From assembly GCA_964570915.1 (NCBI GenBank), contig CAZNBG010000001.1, positions 1 to 46,258 on the forward strand: a DNA stretch of 46,258 nt, given 5' to 3'. The stretch is from an uncultured Nitrospira sp. (lineage in GTDB: Bacteria > Nitrospirota > Nitrospiria > Nitrospirales > Nitrospiraceae). Below the pieces are notes generated by a model that saw only the letters and a list, made by a program, of their open reading frames with translations, was not told the origin of the DNA and searched no databases. The position numbers and the translations under genes were made by a program. The number at the start of each line of letters is the position of its first letter. Position 1 is the stretch's first letter. Positions 27,522 through 36,374 of this stretch are shown here, one piece after another.

Positions 27522-28079
27522 TTACGGGATCGGTCGCTCTGTTGGGTTAATGTAGAGTGGTCGGTCTGCCTCAATTCTGTCCAGTAAGTCCTCTAAAGCT
27601 AACCGTAAGGCAGCTGCGATGGGGGTACGGTCGGAGTCAGTTACCCACCGTACCGGTGATCCCACCGCGGTCTGTTGGATGAGGTAAGATTTCACGGGCC
27701 TTGTGGCCTCGCTCATCTCTGCTTCTAATGAGATCCGATAATGATAGAGACCTTGCTGAGACGACAGAGACAGCTTCGTGGCGATGCGAAGCGCCAGATC
27801 AGCCGGGCCTGATGAGACCGACGTGAACGTGGCCCGTTGTTGAATATACCCCACAATCGCCTGGCTGAGATCGGAATTCGGCCATTCCAGCATCGTAATG
27901 CCTGGTCGATGATCTGCGCCCTCCATTGAAATCGGTTTAACGACCGCCTGAAGGCCTCGAGGGATGGTGGTGGACGAAGGGGCCGCCTGCAGAGGCGCCA
28001 CATGAATCCGGTGAACGCATCCCGCACATGTCATATATATGGGGAGCAGGAGGATAAGGCACTTGGTCAGAAAAGCCAT
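27522..28079 (-). CDS. Putative lipoprotein
   Basis: Signal peptide with lipobox-like CAGC; start uncertain (28079 or 28088). Confidence 0.65.
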   Translation of the reverse strand: MAFLTKCLILLLPIYMTCAGCVHRIHVAPLQAAPSSTTIPRGLQAVVKPISMEGADHRPGITMLEWPNSDLSQAIVGYIQQRATFTSVSSGPADLALRIATKLSLSSQQGLYHYRISLEAEMSEATRPVKSYLIQQTAVGSPVRWVTDSDRTPIAAALRLALEDLLDRIEADRPLYINPTERPIP

Positions 28080-28115
28080 ATTTAGCAAAAGAAGGGCGGA
28101 CAGTCTTCCTCCGTG

Positions 28116-28628
28116 TCAGGGCTCTGATCTGCCAGATGAACGAATTGAGCTAGGAGCAGAGCCTGACACGAACTCCAAGTCTTTCAATGCTCGAGCGGCC
28201 TGTTCCCGGTAGGAGCGTTCTGTCGGGTCGGTATAGGTATCGACCACACGTTGATACGATGCACGGGCTTTTTCCGGCTGCTGCTTGATCGCAAAATATT
28301 GCCCTAAGACAATCCAGTTTTGGGCAGCCGTTTCTCGAGCCGTTTTCATCAGAGCGAACTCCCGCTCAGCCTGTGTCGTTCCCTGTAACTGGGTTCGCTT
28401 CCTGACGGTCTCCGCCATCTGATCCGCCATGACTTCAATCTGTTCATTCTCGTGAACCGCTGCGCCCACTCGGTTGGCTTTGAGGTGGCTGTAGAAGTCC
28501 TCCACGTGACTCTTGATGACGTCTGCTCGCCGCTGATACGAATCTTGTGCGCAACCGGACACGATGAGGACGAACAGGGCGATGAGGCCGACCGTTTGGG
28601 GAAATAAGTCGTGATCGGAATGCTTCAT
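28116..28628 (-). CDS. Putative helical (TPR-like) lipoprotein
   Basis: Lipobox VSGC; WIVLGQYF..EKARASYQRVV resembles a TPR; start uncertain (28628 or 28658). Confidence 0.65.
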   Translation of the reverse strand: MKHSDHDLFPQTVGLIALFVLIVSGCAQDSYQRRADVIKSHVEDFYSHLKANRVGAAVHENEQIEVMADQMAETVRKRTQLQGTTQAEREFALMKTARETAAQNWIVLGQYFAIKQQPEKARASYQRVVDTYTDPTERSYREQAARALKDLEFVSGSAPSSIRSSGRSEP

Positions 28629-28863
28629 GGATCCTCGTGAATGGAAGTCCTGGATCATTGACCGATGGAGTTTAACATACGCCCATCCATGCGAACACTA
28701 ACCCAATCGGTGGGGGATTCTCGAAAGGCACTGTGGTGGAAGCTGAGGGCGCGAGCAAGCCCCTTGAACCTCTAGCAAGGGCTGAGCTATCTTAGTGCCC
28801 GGTTTCCAAAAAGTAGAATTTTGCGGCATAGAGGATGGGCCTTCGAATAAGGAGGAGAATGAC

Positions 28864-29289
28864 ATGGGGAAAAGCTTAAAGGGGACAAAGAGTCACGACA
28901 ATCTCAAACATGCGTTTGCGGGTGAATCACAGGCCAACCGCCGGTATCTCTATTTTGCCCGGCGAGCGGACATTGAGGGCTATCCGGACGTCGGCGGTCT
29001 CTTTCGAGATACCTCGGAAGCTGAAACCGGCCACGCCTTTGGACACCTGGATTTTTTGAAAGAAGTCGGAGACCCGGCGACGGGAGTGCCGATGGGCAAC
29101 ACGGATGCGAACCTCAAGTCCGCCATTGAGGGCGAAACGTACGAGTACACGCAAATGTATCCCGGGATGTCCAAGACCGCGCGGGATGAAGGGTTTCCTG
29201 AGTTGGCCGAATGGTTTGAAACCTTGGCGAAGGCCGAACGATCCCACGCCAATCGGTTTCAAAAAGGACTGGATACTCTGAAGAGCTAA
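28864..29289 (+). CDS. Short rubrerythrin (ferritin-like, no rubredoxin domain)
   Basis: [32 protein letters not shown] diiron ligands; AGGAGG RBS. Confidence 0.93.
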   Translation: MGKSLKGTKSHDNLKHAFAGESQANRRYLYFARRADIEGYPDVGGLFRDTSEAETGHAFGHLDFLKEVGDPATGVPMGNTDANLKSAIEGETYEYTQMYPGMSKTARDEGFPELAEWFETLAKAERSHANRFQKGLDTLKS

Positions 29290-29389
29290 CAGTCGGCGTA
29301 TCAGCTCACCTTCAGCGGTCAGTTTTCGGCGACGTGGCGCGAGTTCGTCGGCGAAGGCTGGCCGCTGATCGTTTTCGGAGAAGCGAATT

Positions 29390-30670
29390 ATGAAAGGTCT
29401 CAGTCTCATCGCACCGGTCGATCCGAAGCAGTTGGAGAAAGAAACGCTCCGAATCTACGAAGTCTGTGACGGATGCCGGCGCTGCTTCAATCTCTGCCCA
29501 TCGTTCAATACCCTGCTGGATCGGATTGACGTGTACGAGGGTGATGTGGCCAAGTTGACTTCGGCCGATCATCATCAAGTAGTCGACGAATGCTATTACT
29601 GCAAGCTGTGTTTCAACCATTGCCCCTATACGCCGCCACATCACTACGAAATCGACTTTCCGCATTTGATGGTCGCCTGGAAGAAGCGTCTCGCTGCGGA
29701 GCGTGGTGTCCGGTGGCGGGATCGTCTGTTGATTATGACGGACACCATTGGACGGCTGGGCAGCGTGACGGCCTCCCTCACGAACGCGTTGTTGGGCAAC
29801 CGACTGGTACGCCGCGTCCTTGAGCGGGTTATGGGGATTCATCAAGACCGGCGTCTATTGCACTTCTCTCGCGAAACGTTTCCCCGCTGGTTCGACCGTC
29901 GAACGAAGACGGCAGCCGCTGATCCGCCCGTTCGCAAGGTCGCGTTGTTTTCCAGCTGCCTCGTGAACTTTCAGGCGACGGATGTCGGTAAGGCGACGGT
30001 GCAGGTGCTGGAAAAAAACGGCATTCACGTCGTGGTGCCGGAGCAACGCTGTTGCGGGATGCCGAGTTTCGATGTCGGCGATACTCAGGCCATTCAACAG
30101 GCTGCTCGAAGCAACGTCGCATCATTGTACCCGTGGGTCCTCAAGGGGTACGATGTTATCGTGCCGACCGCCAGTTGCAGTTTGATGCTGAAGCGCGAAT
30201 ATCCGGAGCTTCATCGCGATGAGCAGACGAAACGGGTGGCGGAGCGAACCTTCGATGTCTGCGAGTATTTGATCGCCATGAAAAAATCCGGCCAACTGGC
30301 GACCGATTTCACCAAAAATCCCGGGCGCGTCGCGTATCAGATTCCCTGTCATCTCAGGGATCAGAATATCGGGTTTAAGTCCAAGGAACTGATGGAATGT
30401 GCGGGCGCCCAAGTCGAGCTGATCGAACAGTGCTCGGGGCATGACGGGGCGTGGTCCGTCAAAACGGAGTTCTTTCCATTGTCGATGAAAATCGCCGGCA
30501 AGGCCGTGCGCGCGATTGAGCAAACGCCGGCAGACCTCGTCGCGTCGGACTGCCCGTTGGCGGGCGTACAGTTGGAGCAAGCCGGTGCGTCGGCCCATGC
30601 GGGAGGAAAAGCCGTCTTGCATCCGATTCAGATCGTCCGTGACGCGTATGGGCTGTCCTCACAACAGTGA
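29390..30670 (+). CDS. Rubrerythrin-associated Fe-S oxidoreductase (GlpC/HdrD-like)
   Basis: CDGCRRCFNLCP, CYYCKLCFNHCP, CCG domain motifs. Confidence 0.9.
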   Translation: MKGLSLIAPVDPKQLEKETLRIYEVCDGCRRCFNLCPSFNTLLDRIDVYEGDVAKLTSADHHQVVDECYYCKLCFNHCPYTPPHHYEIDFPHLMVAWKKRLAAERGVRWRDRLLIMTDTIGRLGSVTASLTNALLGNRLVRRVLERVMGIHQDRRLLHFSRETFPRWFDRRTKTAAADPPVRKVALFSSCLVNFQATDVGKATVQVLEKNGIHVVVPEQRCCGMPSFDVGDTQAIQQAARSNVASLYPWVLKGYDVIVPTASCSLMLKREYPELHRDEQTKRVAERTFDVCEYLIAMKKSGQLATDFTKNPGRVAYQIPCHLRDQNIGFKSKELMECAGAQVELIEQCSGHDGAWSVKTEFFPLSMKIAGKAVRAIEQTPADLVASDCPLAGVQLEQAGASAHAGGKAVLHPIQIVRDAYGLSSQQ

Positions 30671-30727
30671 GGGGCTTGGAGAAAACAGGTAGTCACGTTT
30701 GTCGAAGGGTCGATTAAGGGATCAATA

Positions 30728-31312
30728 GTGAAAACGATCACACCCAGCGATGTCATTCCATACGAAGAATATGAACGGCAGCGAGAAGCCTTTCGCGCGA
30801 AAATCATCGCACTGAAGCAGCGGCGTCGAATTTGCATCGGCCCATTGATCACCGTCGTCTTTGAGAATCGTGAGACGCTGCAGTTCCAGGTTCAGGAGAT
30901 GATCCGAGTCGAGCGAATCGTCGAGCCGGCCAAGATCAAGGACGAGTTGGATGTGTACAACGCATTGCTGCCGGACCCGAACGAGCTGAGCGCGACCCTC
31001 TTGATCGAGATCACCGACGAAGCCACGATGAAAGAAAAGCTCGATCAATTCATGGGACTGGATCACGGAGAGAAAGTGGCGATCACCGCCGGCGGTGAAG
31101 AAGCCTTCGGCGAATTCGAAGGCGGCCGAAGCCATGAGACGAAAATCAGCGCGGTTCATTTCGTCAGGTTTCGACCGACTGCTTCAATGAGAGCGGCCTT
31201 TGCGGATCTCATCCGGCCGGTGACGATTCGAGTGAGCCATGGCGGGTATTACCAGGAGGTTCCCGTCCCGGGTAGCATGAGGGAAGAGTGGCTGGCCGAT
31301 TTACGCGTCTAA
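30728..31312 (+). CDS. DUF3501 family protein
   Basis: FENRETLQFQVQEMIRVE, YNALLP, SAVHFVRF; expected position after rubrerythrin and the oxidoreductase. Confidence 0.88.
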   Translation: MKTITPSDVIPYEEYERQREAFRAKIIALKQRRRICIGPLITVVFENRETLQFQVQEMIRVERIVEPAKIKDELDVYNALLPDPNELSATLLIEITDEATMKEKLDQFMGLDHGEKVAITAGGEEAFGEFEGGRSHETKISAVHFVRFRPTASMRAAFADLIRPVTIRVSHGGYYQEVPVPGSMREEWLADLRV

Positions 31313-31343
31313 CCCAGTCCCCGAGACTCAGCACTGGAGAACT

Positions 31344-32096
31344 ATGCCGTCTGTTCTGCTGAACAAGCGCATCGAATTCGCCGCCGCGCATCGGTATATC
31401 AGGACTGAATGGGATGAGGCGAAGAATCGCGCGACGTTCGGTCGCTGCTACAATCCTCCCGCCCACGGGCATAACTACCTGCTGGAAGTGACCGTCTCCG
31501 GCGAGATCGATCCGAAGACCGGCATGGTCGTCAATCTCTTCGACCTCAAGCGTGTGCTTCTTGCTGTGCTCGAAGAGTTCGATCACAAGAACCTGAATCT
31601 CGACATGCCGTACTTCACGGACCGGATCCCGACCTCAGAGAATTTCGCGCATGTGCTCTGGTCGAAATTGGCCTCCCAACGGGATATCGGGACGCTGCAT
31701 ACCTTGCGGCTCTGCGAAGATGAAGATCTGTATGCGGAGATTACCGCAGCCGACGGCCCGGATGTCGCCGCCGTCGCCAAGCGGTATTCGTTCAATGCGA
31801 TTCAAGAAAACCACCAGGGGCGGGACTGGGACTTCTATGTGACGGTTCATGGAACGATCGATCCGGTGACGGGCATGGTGACTGACATCGCGGCGTTGGA
31901 TCGGCTGGTGCAGGACACTGTCGTCAAGGCTTTCGATCGGCAGGATCTTCGCCAGGTGCTTGGATCCGAATCCGTGAGGGGGGAAGCGCTCACCAAAGCG
32001 ATCTGGGACCGTCTCACCGGGCGTCTCTCAGGTGGAACACTCCGCAACGTCCGTCTGGCCCAAACCCGAGACATCTCCTTCGATTACGCAGGCTGA
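31344..32096 (+). CDS. queD: 6-pyruvoyl/6-carboxy-tetrahydropterin synthase family, tandem domain
   Basis: FAAAHRY, GRCYNPPAHGHNY, TGMVV, FDHKNLN, PTSEN; second degenerate copy in the C-terminal half. Confidence 0.75.
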   Translation: MPSVLLNKRIEFAAAHRYIRTEWDEAKNRATFGRCYNPPAHGHNYLLEVTVSGEIDPKTGMVVNLFDLKRVLLAVLEEFDHKNLNLDMPYFTDRIPTSENFAHVLWSKLASQRDIGTLHTLRLCEDEDLYAEITAADGPDVAAVAKRYSFNAIQENHQGRDWDFYVTVHGTIDPVTGMVTDIAALDRLVQDTVVKAFDRQDLRQVLGSESVRGEALTKAIWDRLTGRLSGGTLRNVRLAQTRDISFDYAG

Positions 32097-32417
32097 GCGG
32101 AAGGATCGTCGAGTTCCCTGGCCTCGAATTCGATCTAAGGTGTAGGCTCCGGCGTCTTGAGACCATCCCGCTGCCTCCTGTTCCAGTACTCTACAAAGAC
32201 GTTATTCGTGTTAGTGCTGACGCGGCATGCGGAGCACGAAAAGGCGGACGCAATACAGTATGGAAATCTCGTCGCAAAGCGCATTGAAGACGTGTGGGAG
32301 TTTAAGTGGTTACCAGAGAGAACAAGCGGCCCAGCTCCTATCCCGAGGTCCCTCGGGTACGCACGCCATACCGTGACAGTTCGGAAGCTGGGTTTCAGTA
32401 CTCGCGCTGCGCAGAAG

Positions 32418-32687
32418 TCAGGCAGCAGACTTCTTGGTCAAGTCCCAGCCGGGAAATACTAGGACGGCAGGATGACAGCGCAGGGCACACGCCAGGGTTT
32501 TGGCCCGCTCAATGCCCAAATTGATGGTATCGTTTTCAATGGCTGAGATGGTCGACTGTGGAATCTTCGACCGTCGAGCTAACTCGCTCTGCGTGAGTCC
32601 CTGGAGTTCACGGATAATCCGAACGGATTCTCCCACCGACACGGTCACTCGTGCTTTTGCCGGACGAATGTCCTTGTGTCTCATCAT
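32418..32687 (-). CDS. XRE-family HTH protein, HigA-like antitoxin
   Basis: IRELQGLTQSELARRSKIPQSTISAIEN; coupled to the upstream toxin gene. Confidence 0.85.
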   Translation of the reverse strand: MMRHKDIRPAKARVTVSVGESVRIIRELQGLTQSELARRSKIPQSTISAIENDTINLGIERAKTLACALRCHPAVLVFPGWDLTKKSAA

Positions 32688-32965
32688 TGCCTCCGATAAT
32701 CGTGTGCGGTCACGTCCATGACGATCACCAGGACGCGCTGGTCCTCAACCCTATAGATCACACGATACTGCGCATTCAACCGGGACGAGCGATGCCCTTC
32801 CCATTCCCCATGGAGACGTTCATCGTGGAACCCCTTGATCAAGCGTAAGCCTGCCGGCCCGGAGATTCGCACGATGTCTTTCCATTTCTCATAGCGCTTA
32901 AGTAGCTCAAGCGGAAGGCGATCGAGGCTCTTGCTGGCTCGACGGTGCTCGTACACCTCCCACAT
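32684..32965 (-). CDS. RelE-superfamily (HigB/YoeB/YafQ-like) mRNA interferase toxin
   Basis: FHDERLHGEWEGHRSSRLNAQYRVIYRV...AHDY; toxin-first gene order. Confidence 0.85.
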   Translation of the reverse strand: MWEVYEHRRASKSLDRLPLELLKRYEKWKDIVRISGPAGLRLIKGFHDERLHGEWEGHRSSRLNAQYRVIYRVEDQRVLVIVMDVTAHDYRRQ

Positions 32966-33148
32966 GATCCCGCATACTATACCATATTAGATATAACTCG
33001 CTTCAAGCGGTACACCAGCGGCTGCCAAAAGCAAAGAATAGCCTTAGCAAACATCGTCGGGAGGGCACAGATTGGTTGCGGATCATCGTTGACCGCTCTG
33101 GAGTTTGTTGTTCCCAACATGCTAAACAGAGACGCAAGCTTGCGGGGA

Positions 33149-33328
33149 ATGATGAGTGCGACGGGTTCGTTGTTTATCGGCATTGTGGGGGCGCTTCTGT
33201 TCTTGATCAGCGTCTTTTCGTTCAGTCAGCGGAATTGGAAAGGCGGCCTCGTGTGGCTGGTGGTCGGCGCCGGATTGATTGCGCTGCTGACCTATATGGA
33301 CAAGCCGTCGGCGAATTTGTTTCCGTAA
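33149..33328 (+). CDS. Small two-TM membrane protein
   Basis: 59 aa with two hydrophobic segments joined by QRNWKGG. Confidence 0.55.
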   Translation: MMSATGSLFIGIVGALLFLISVFSFSQRNWKGGLVWLVVGAGLIALLTYMDKPSANLFP

Positions 33329-33382
33329 GGGACGAACAAAAGGGCAGGCTGCTTCGGGACGCTTTCAGGAACCGGGATTTGA

Positions 33383-33850
33383 TCAGTGCTTCGGTGAATG
33401 TTTGTGTGGGTGGCGCTCACCGTCCGTTCGTTCGGCTCCGACATTGGCTCCGCGCGGAGTAAAGCGGGCTGCGTAAGCCTCTTGTTCCGGTAACCTGAGG
33501 AAGACGATGATTCCGGTATCCGGGTGTATCGTAAATGTGCCGGTACCTTTCAGCGTGTTATTACCAGACGGTTCCAGCTCCACCTGCACGTTGGCCTTCT
33601 CAAACCCATGCTGGATGGTCGCCTTGGCTTTGGCTCCATCAGTAGAAATCGCCTTATCGGAATGATCCGTGACATACAGCACCAGTACTCCGTCCTCGGC
33701 GACCAACTCCAGGTGATACGGTCCCGCGCTCAGCGATTGCCCGCCGTGGAGTGCCTTCACGGGGTCGGAGTGTTTCGCCGTGTGAGCTCCGACCGGCACT
33801 GACCCGAGCAGCGTTGCGCATAGAGCGAAGATCCCCAGCAGAGGTTTCAT
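33383..33850 (-). CDS. Exported His-rich putative metal-binding protein
   Basis: Signal peptide, HGGQ..GPYHLELVA..YVTDH, C-terminal HPHKHSPKH. Confidence 0.75.
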   Translation of the reverse strand: MKPLLGIFALCATLLGSVPVGAHTAKHSDPVKALHGGQSLSAGPYHLELVAEDGVLVLYVTDHSDKAISTDGAKAKATIQHGFEKANVQVELEPSGNNTLKGTGTFTIHPDTGIIVFLRLPEQEAYAARFTPRGANVGAERTDGERHPHKHSPKH

Positions 33851-33906
33851 GGTCGGTTCTCCCAGAAAGCGAGTTTCATATCTATCGATGGGACGGATGG
33901 CGACCG

Positions 33907-34392
33907 TCAATGCTTCGGCGCATGATGATGGTGATGATGTTCGCCGTCGCTTTTTGAGGCTCCCTCCTGAGCTTTTTCACTTGGGTCGGGCTTGGGCTTG
34001 AGCGGCATGAAACGGGCGGCATAGCCGTCTTGATTCGGTAGTTTCATGAAGACGATGACCACGGTACTCGGCGTGAGGGAAAAGGTGCCGGAGCCCTTGA
34101 GCATGTTGTTCCCCACGGGGTGGAGATGCACCTGTGTTCTCGTCGATCCCGTCTCGATGGTTGCTTTGGCCAGACCGCCGTCTACGCTGATGGCGTTATC
34201 CGCATGGTCTGTAATGTACACCGTGAGGTCTTCATCCGTGGCGACCAGTTCCATATGAAACGGTCCGGTCATGCGCAATTGCCCGCCATGCGGAGCCTCG
34301 ACGGATTCAAAAAATTCATCGGTATGGGCTCCGGCTGGGGACGAGAGCGCCAACATGGCGCCGACTACCAGACACGCAACGGAGTGATTCAT
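33907..34392 (-). CDS. Exported His-rich putative metal-binding protein (paralog)
   Basis: Signal peptide, PHGGQ..GPFHMELVA..YITDH, C-terminal HHHHHHAPKH; AGGAGG RBS. Confidence 0.75.
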   Translation of the reverse strand: MNHSVACLVVGAMLALSSPAGAHTDEFFESVEAPHGGQLRMTGPFHMELVATDEDLTVYITDHADNAISVDGGLAKATIETGSTRTQVHLHPVGNNMLKGSGTFSLTPSTVVIVFMKLPNQDGYAARFMPLKPKPDPSEKAQEGASKSDGEHHHHHHAPKH

Positions 34393-34483
34393 GCTTCGCT
34401 CGCCTCCTAGCTTGCCGATCATTCAACGGTTCCCGTGAAGTGGCAAGATCTCTTCCGGTTCAACTGCTCAGTGTGCATGTGCT

Positions 34484-34813
34484 CTACTTGAGCAGATAGT
34501 CTGAAATGAGTGCGGCGAGTTCGGCCTGCTCGACGACTCCTTCGCGCGCCAGCAGCAGTTTACCATGAGCGAAGAAATGGGAGGTGGGATAGGTTTCAAA
34601 TGCCTGAGTTCTTTTGATCTCACGGCACCGGCCGGGCACGTGCATCTTTGCCTTGCCGACCTTCAGATCGGGAAACTTGGCGGCGACCTCTTCCAGAATT
34701 GGGTCGTAGAGTTTGCACGGTTCACACGTCGCCAACCCGTACGCGACAATCGCCGCCGGCGCATGGGTGAACTCTGCATAATTGGCGTCACTGACGTCGA
34801 GAACGCTGCTCAT
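34484..34813 (-). CDS. Thioredoxin-like protein
   Basis: CEPC motif, YPT cis-Pro loop, FAHGK; 109 aa. Confidence 0.8.
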   Translation of the reverse strand: MSSVLDVSDANYAEFTHAPAAIVAYGLATCEPCKLYDPILEEVAAKFPDLKVGKAKMHVPGRCREIKRTQAFETYPTSHFFAHGKLLLAREGVVEQAELAALISDYLLK

Positions 34814-34854
34814 GGATTAGGGGTTCCGAGCCTGTTCCAGCCGGGTTGGGCCAG

Positions 34855-34914
34855 AGTGCCAAGTGCTGAGTTTGAGAGAGACATCTCCCAACTCAGCACT
34901 CAACGCTCAGCATT
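34855..34914. repeat. Inverted repeat built from 7-nt (GTGCTGA/TCAGCAC) units
   Basis: AGTGCTGAGTT (34862) and AACTCAGCACT (34890) with degenerate flanking heptamers; related ACTCAGCAC at about 31326. Confidence 0.65.
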
Positions 34915-34916
34915 GA

Positions 34917-35387
34917 TTAGTTTAACTTAGAGAGCGCATCAAGGATTTCCTTGTCCTCGCGCGCCGTCTTGATCTCCTGCACTTTCACGTAGGCGACCTT
35001 GCCGTTCTTGTCGACGATCACGGTCGCACGCTTGGAGCAGTTCAGCGGCTCGAAATAGAGTCCATAGGACTTCGCCGTTGTCCGATGCACGTCAGACAGG
35101 AGGCGGTGCTTCAGGTCCAACGAGTCGGCCCAGGCCTTGTGGGAGAAGAAGCTGTCGCAACTGACGCCGAACAATTCCGCGTTAGCGGACTGGAACTTGG
35201 GGAAATCATCGGACAAACACTTGTTCTCTCCATGGCAGACGGGGCTCCAATCCAGCGGGTAGAAGCAGAGCACGACGCTCTTCTTGCCTTTGTAGTCGCT
35301 CAACTTCACGTCCTTCTGGTCTTGATCTTTCAGATTGAAGTCCGGTGCCGTATCGCCCGCCTTAACTTCCGGTGCCACGTCGCTCAT
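34917..35387 (-). CDS. Peroxiredoxin (AhpC/TSA family, AhpE/BCP-like)
   Basis: FYPLDWSPVC peroxidatic motif, GVSCD, LLSD, KRATVIVDKNG. Confidence 0.9.
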   Translation of the reverse strand: MSDVAPEVKAGDTAPDFNLKDQDQKDVKLSDYKGKKSVVLCFYPLDWSPVCHGENKCLSDDFPKFQSANAELFGVSCDSFFSHKAWADSLDLKHRLLSDVHRTTAKSYGLYFEPLNCSKRATVIVDKNGKVAYVKVQEIKTAREDKEILDALSKLN

Positions 35388-35478
35388 CGCAAACCTCCTT
35401 CATTAAACTATCTGTATGGGTGATTGGTGTACTGAGGTCTCGAATTTGGGAGGACCCCACTATCTGTAGCCCGTAAAC

Positions 35479-35508
35479 TTTGTAACCTGTGTTTCAAAAG
35501 CTTGTCAA
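35479..35508 (-). promoter_or_regulatory. Sigma70-type promoter for the peroxiredoxin gene
   Basis: Minus strand TTGACA-N18-TACAAA. Confidence 0.55.
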
Positions 35509-35567
35509 CGGCCCGAAAGGCCTAGGCGCAGGGCTGAAATCGATAACATATTGAGTGATCAAATGAA

Positions 35568-36320
35568 TTACGCGCTTTGAAGTTCTCGAAATCCTAGCAT
35601 CCGTCCAGCCGGTGCTGCAGTTCGGTAGTTCTTTATGTGAAGAGTACGACCAAGCAGAGGAAGATCGAGCGCTGTACCGACTTTGGGTGAATGGCCCACG
35701 CGCAGTAATTCGCCGGCTGATTCGGACAAGATCTCCTTGGCGGTCTTGTCGGGCAGCCCTTTGCTCACAAATAGTTCAATCTCATCCAGCCCGAATTTGG
35801 TCAAGCCTAGCGAGTAAGACCATATCTGCTCTGGTCGCGACGTGTCGTTGTGGACGATCGAAACATGATCGTCCAAGACAAAACTCGTCAGGGTCCGTTG
35901 TTGCCAGTCCGAGGGATTGACGTAGGCTTGTGTGATCACATCATGGGCCGTGCCCTGTGTCAGGAGAGTCAGACAACGGGCCAAGCGCGCGGCAAGCAGA
36001 ACGGTATCAGGCATGTCTCGAGGAGAAGCGATGGAGGGTGCGACCGCACCCATGAGATCGTGTTCCCAGGATAGTTGCTTCATGATTTCGGCGACATGGC
36101 TCACCGGCAACGGCATCACAACATGAGCGGACCAGGGGCCATGTGTGGCCTGCCATGATTCAGCCGAACCATCTTCATGGCGGATGGCCAACGGCGCGCC
36201 ATACTCCCGCTCATAGAGCATCTTGAGCTCATCGGTCGCCGGTGCGGTACCGCGATAGCCGATGAAGTACAACGGCGGCCGCTTGGCGGAAGGTTTGGGC
36301 GTCTTCTTACGAATTCTCAT
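35568..36320 (-). CDS. Hypothetical protein
   Basis: 250-aa ORF co-oriented with typA; SLGLTKFGLDEIE segment looks like a conserved motif but the family is not identified. Confidence 0.7.
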   Translation of the reverse strand: MRIRKKTPKPSAKRPPLYFIGYRGTAPATDELKMLYEREYGAPLAIRHEDGSAESWQATHGPWSAHVVMPLPVSHVAEIMKQLSWEHDLMGAVAPSIASPRDMPDTVLLAARLARCLTLLTQGTAHDVITQAYVNPSDWQQRTLTSFVLDDHVSIVHNDTSRPEQIWSYSLGLTKFGLDEIELFVSKGLPDKTAKEILSESAGELLRVGHSPKVGTALDLPLLGRTLHIKNYRTAAPAGRMLGFRELQSA

Positions 36321-36336
36321 GTCAAAGTCCGCATCC

Positions 36337-36372
36337 CGTCGTTCGTGAAACCCATCTCGTAAATGAACGACG
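36337..36372. repeat. Inverted repeat just downstream of typA
   Basis: CGTCGTTCGT...ATGAACGACG. Confidence 0.5.
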
Positions 36373-36374
36373 CT

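Noticed and set aside
32157-32462. 101-aa ORF convergent on the antitoxin gene
   Set aside because: TTG start, overlaps the antitoxin gene and has no recognisable motif; at most a remnant
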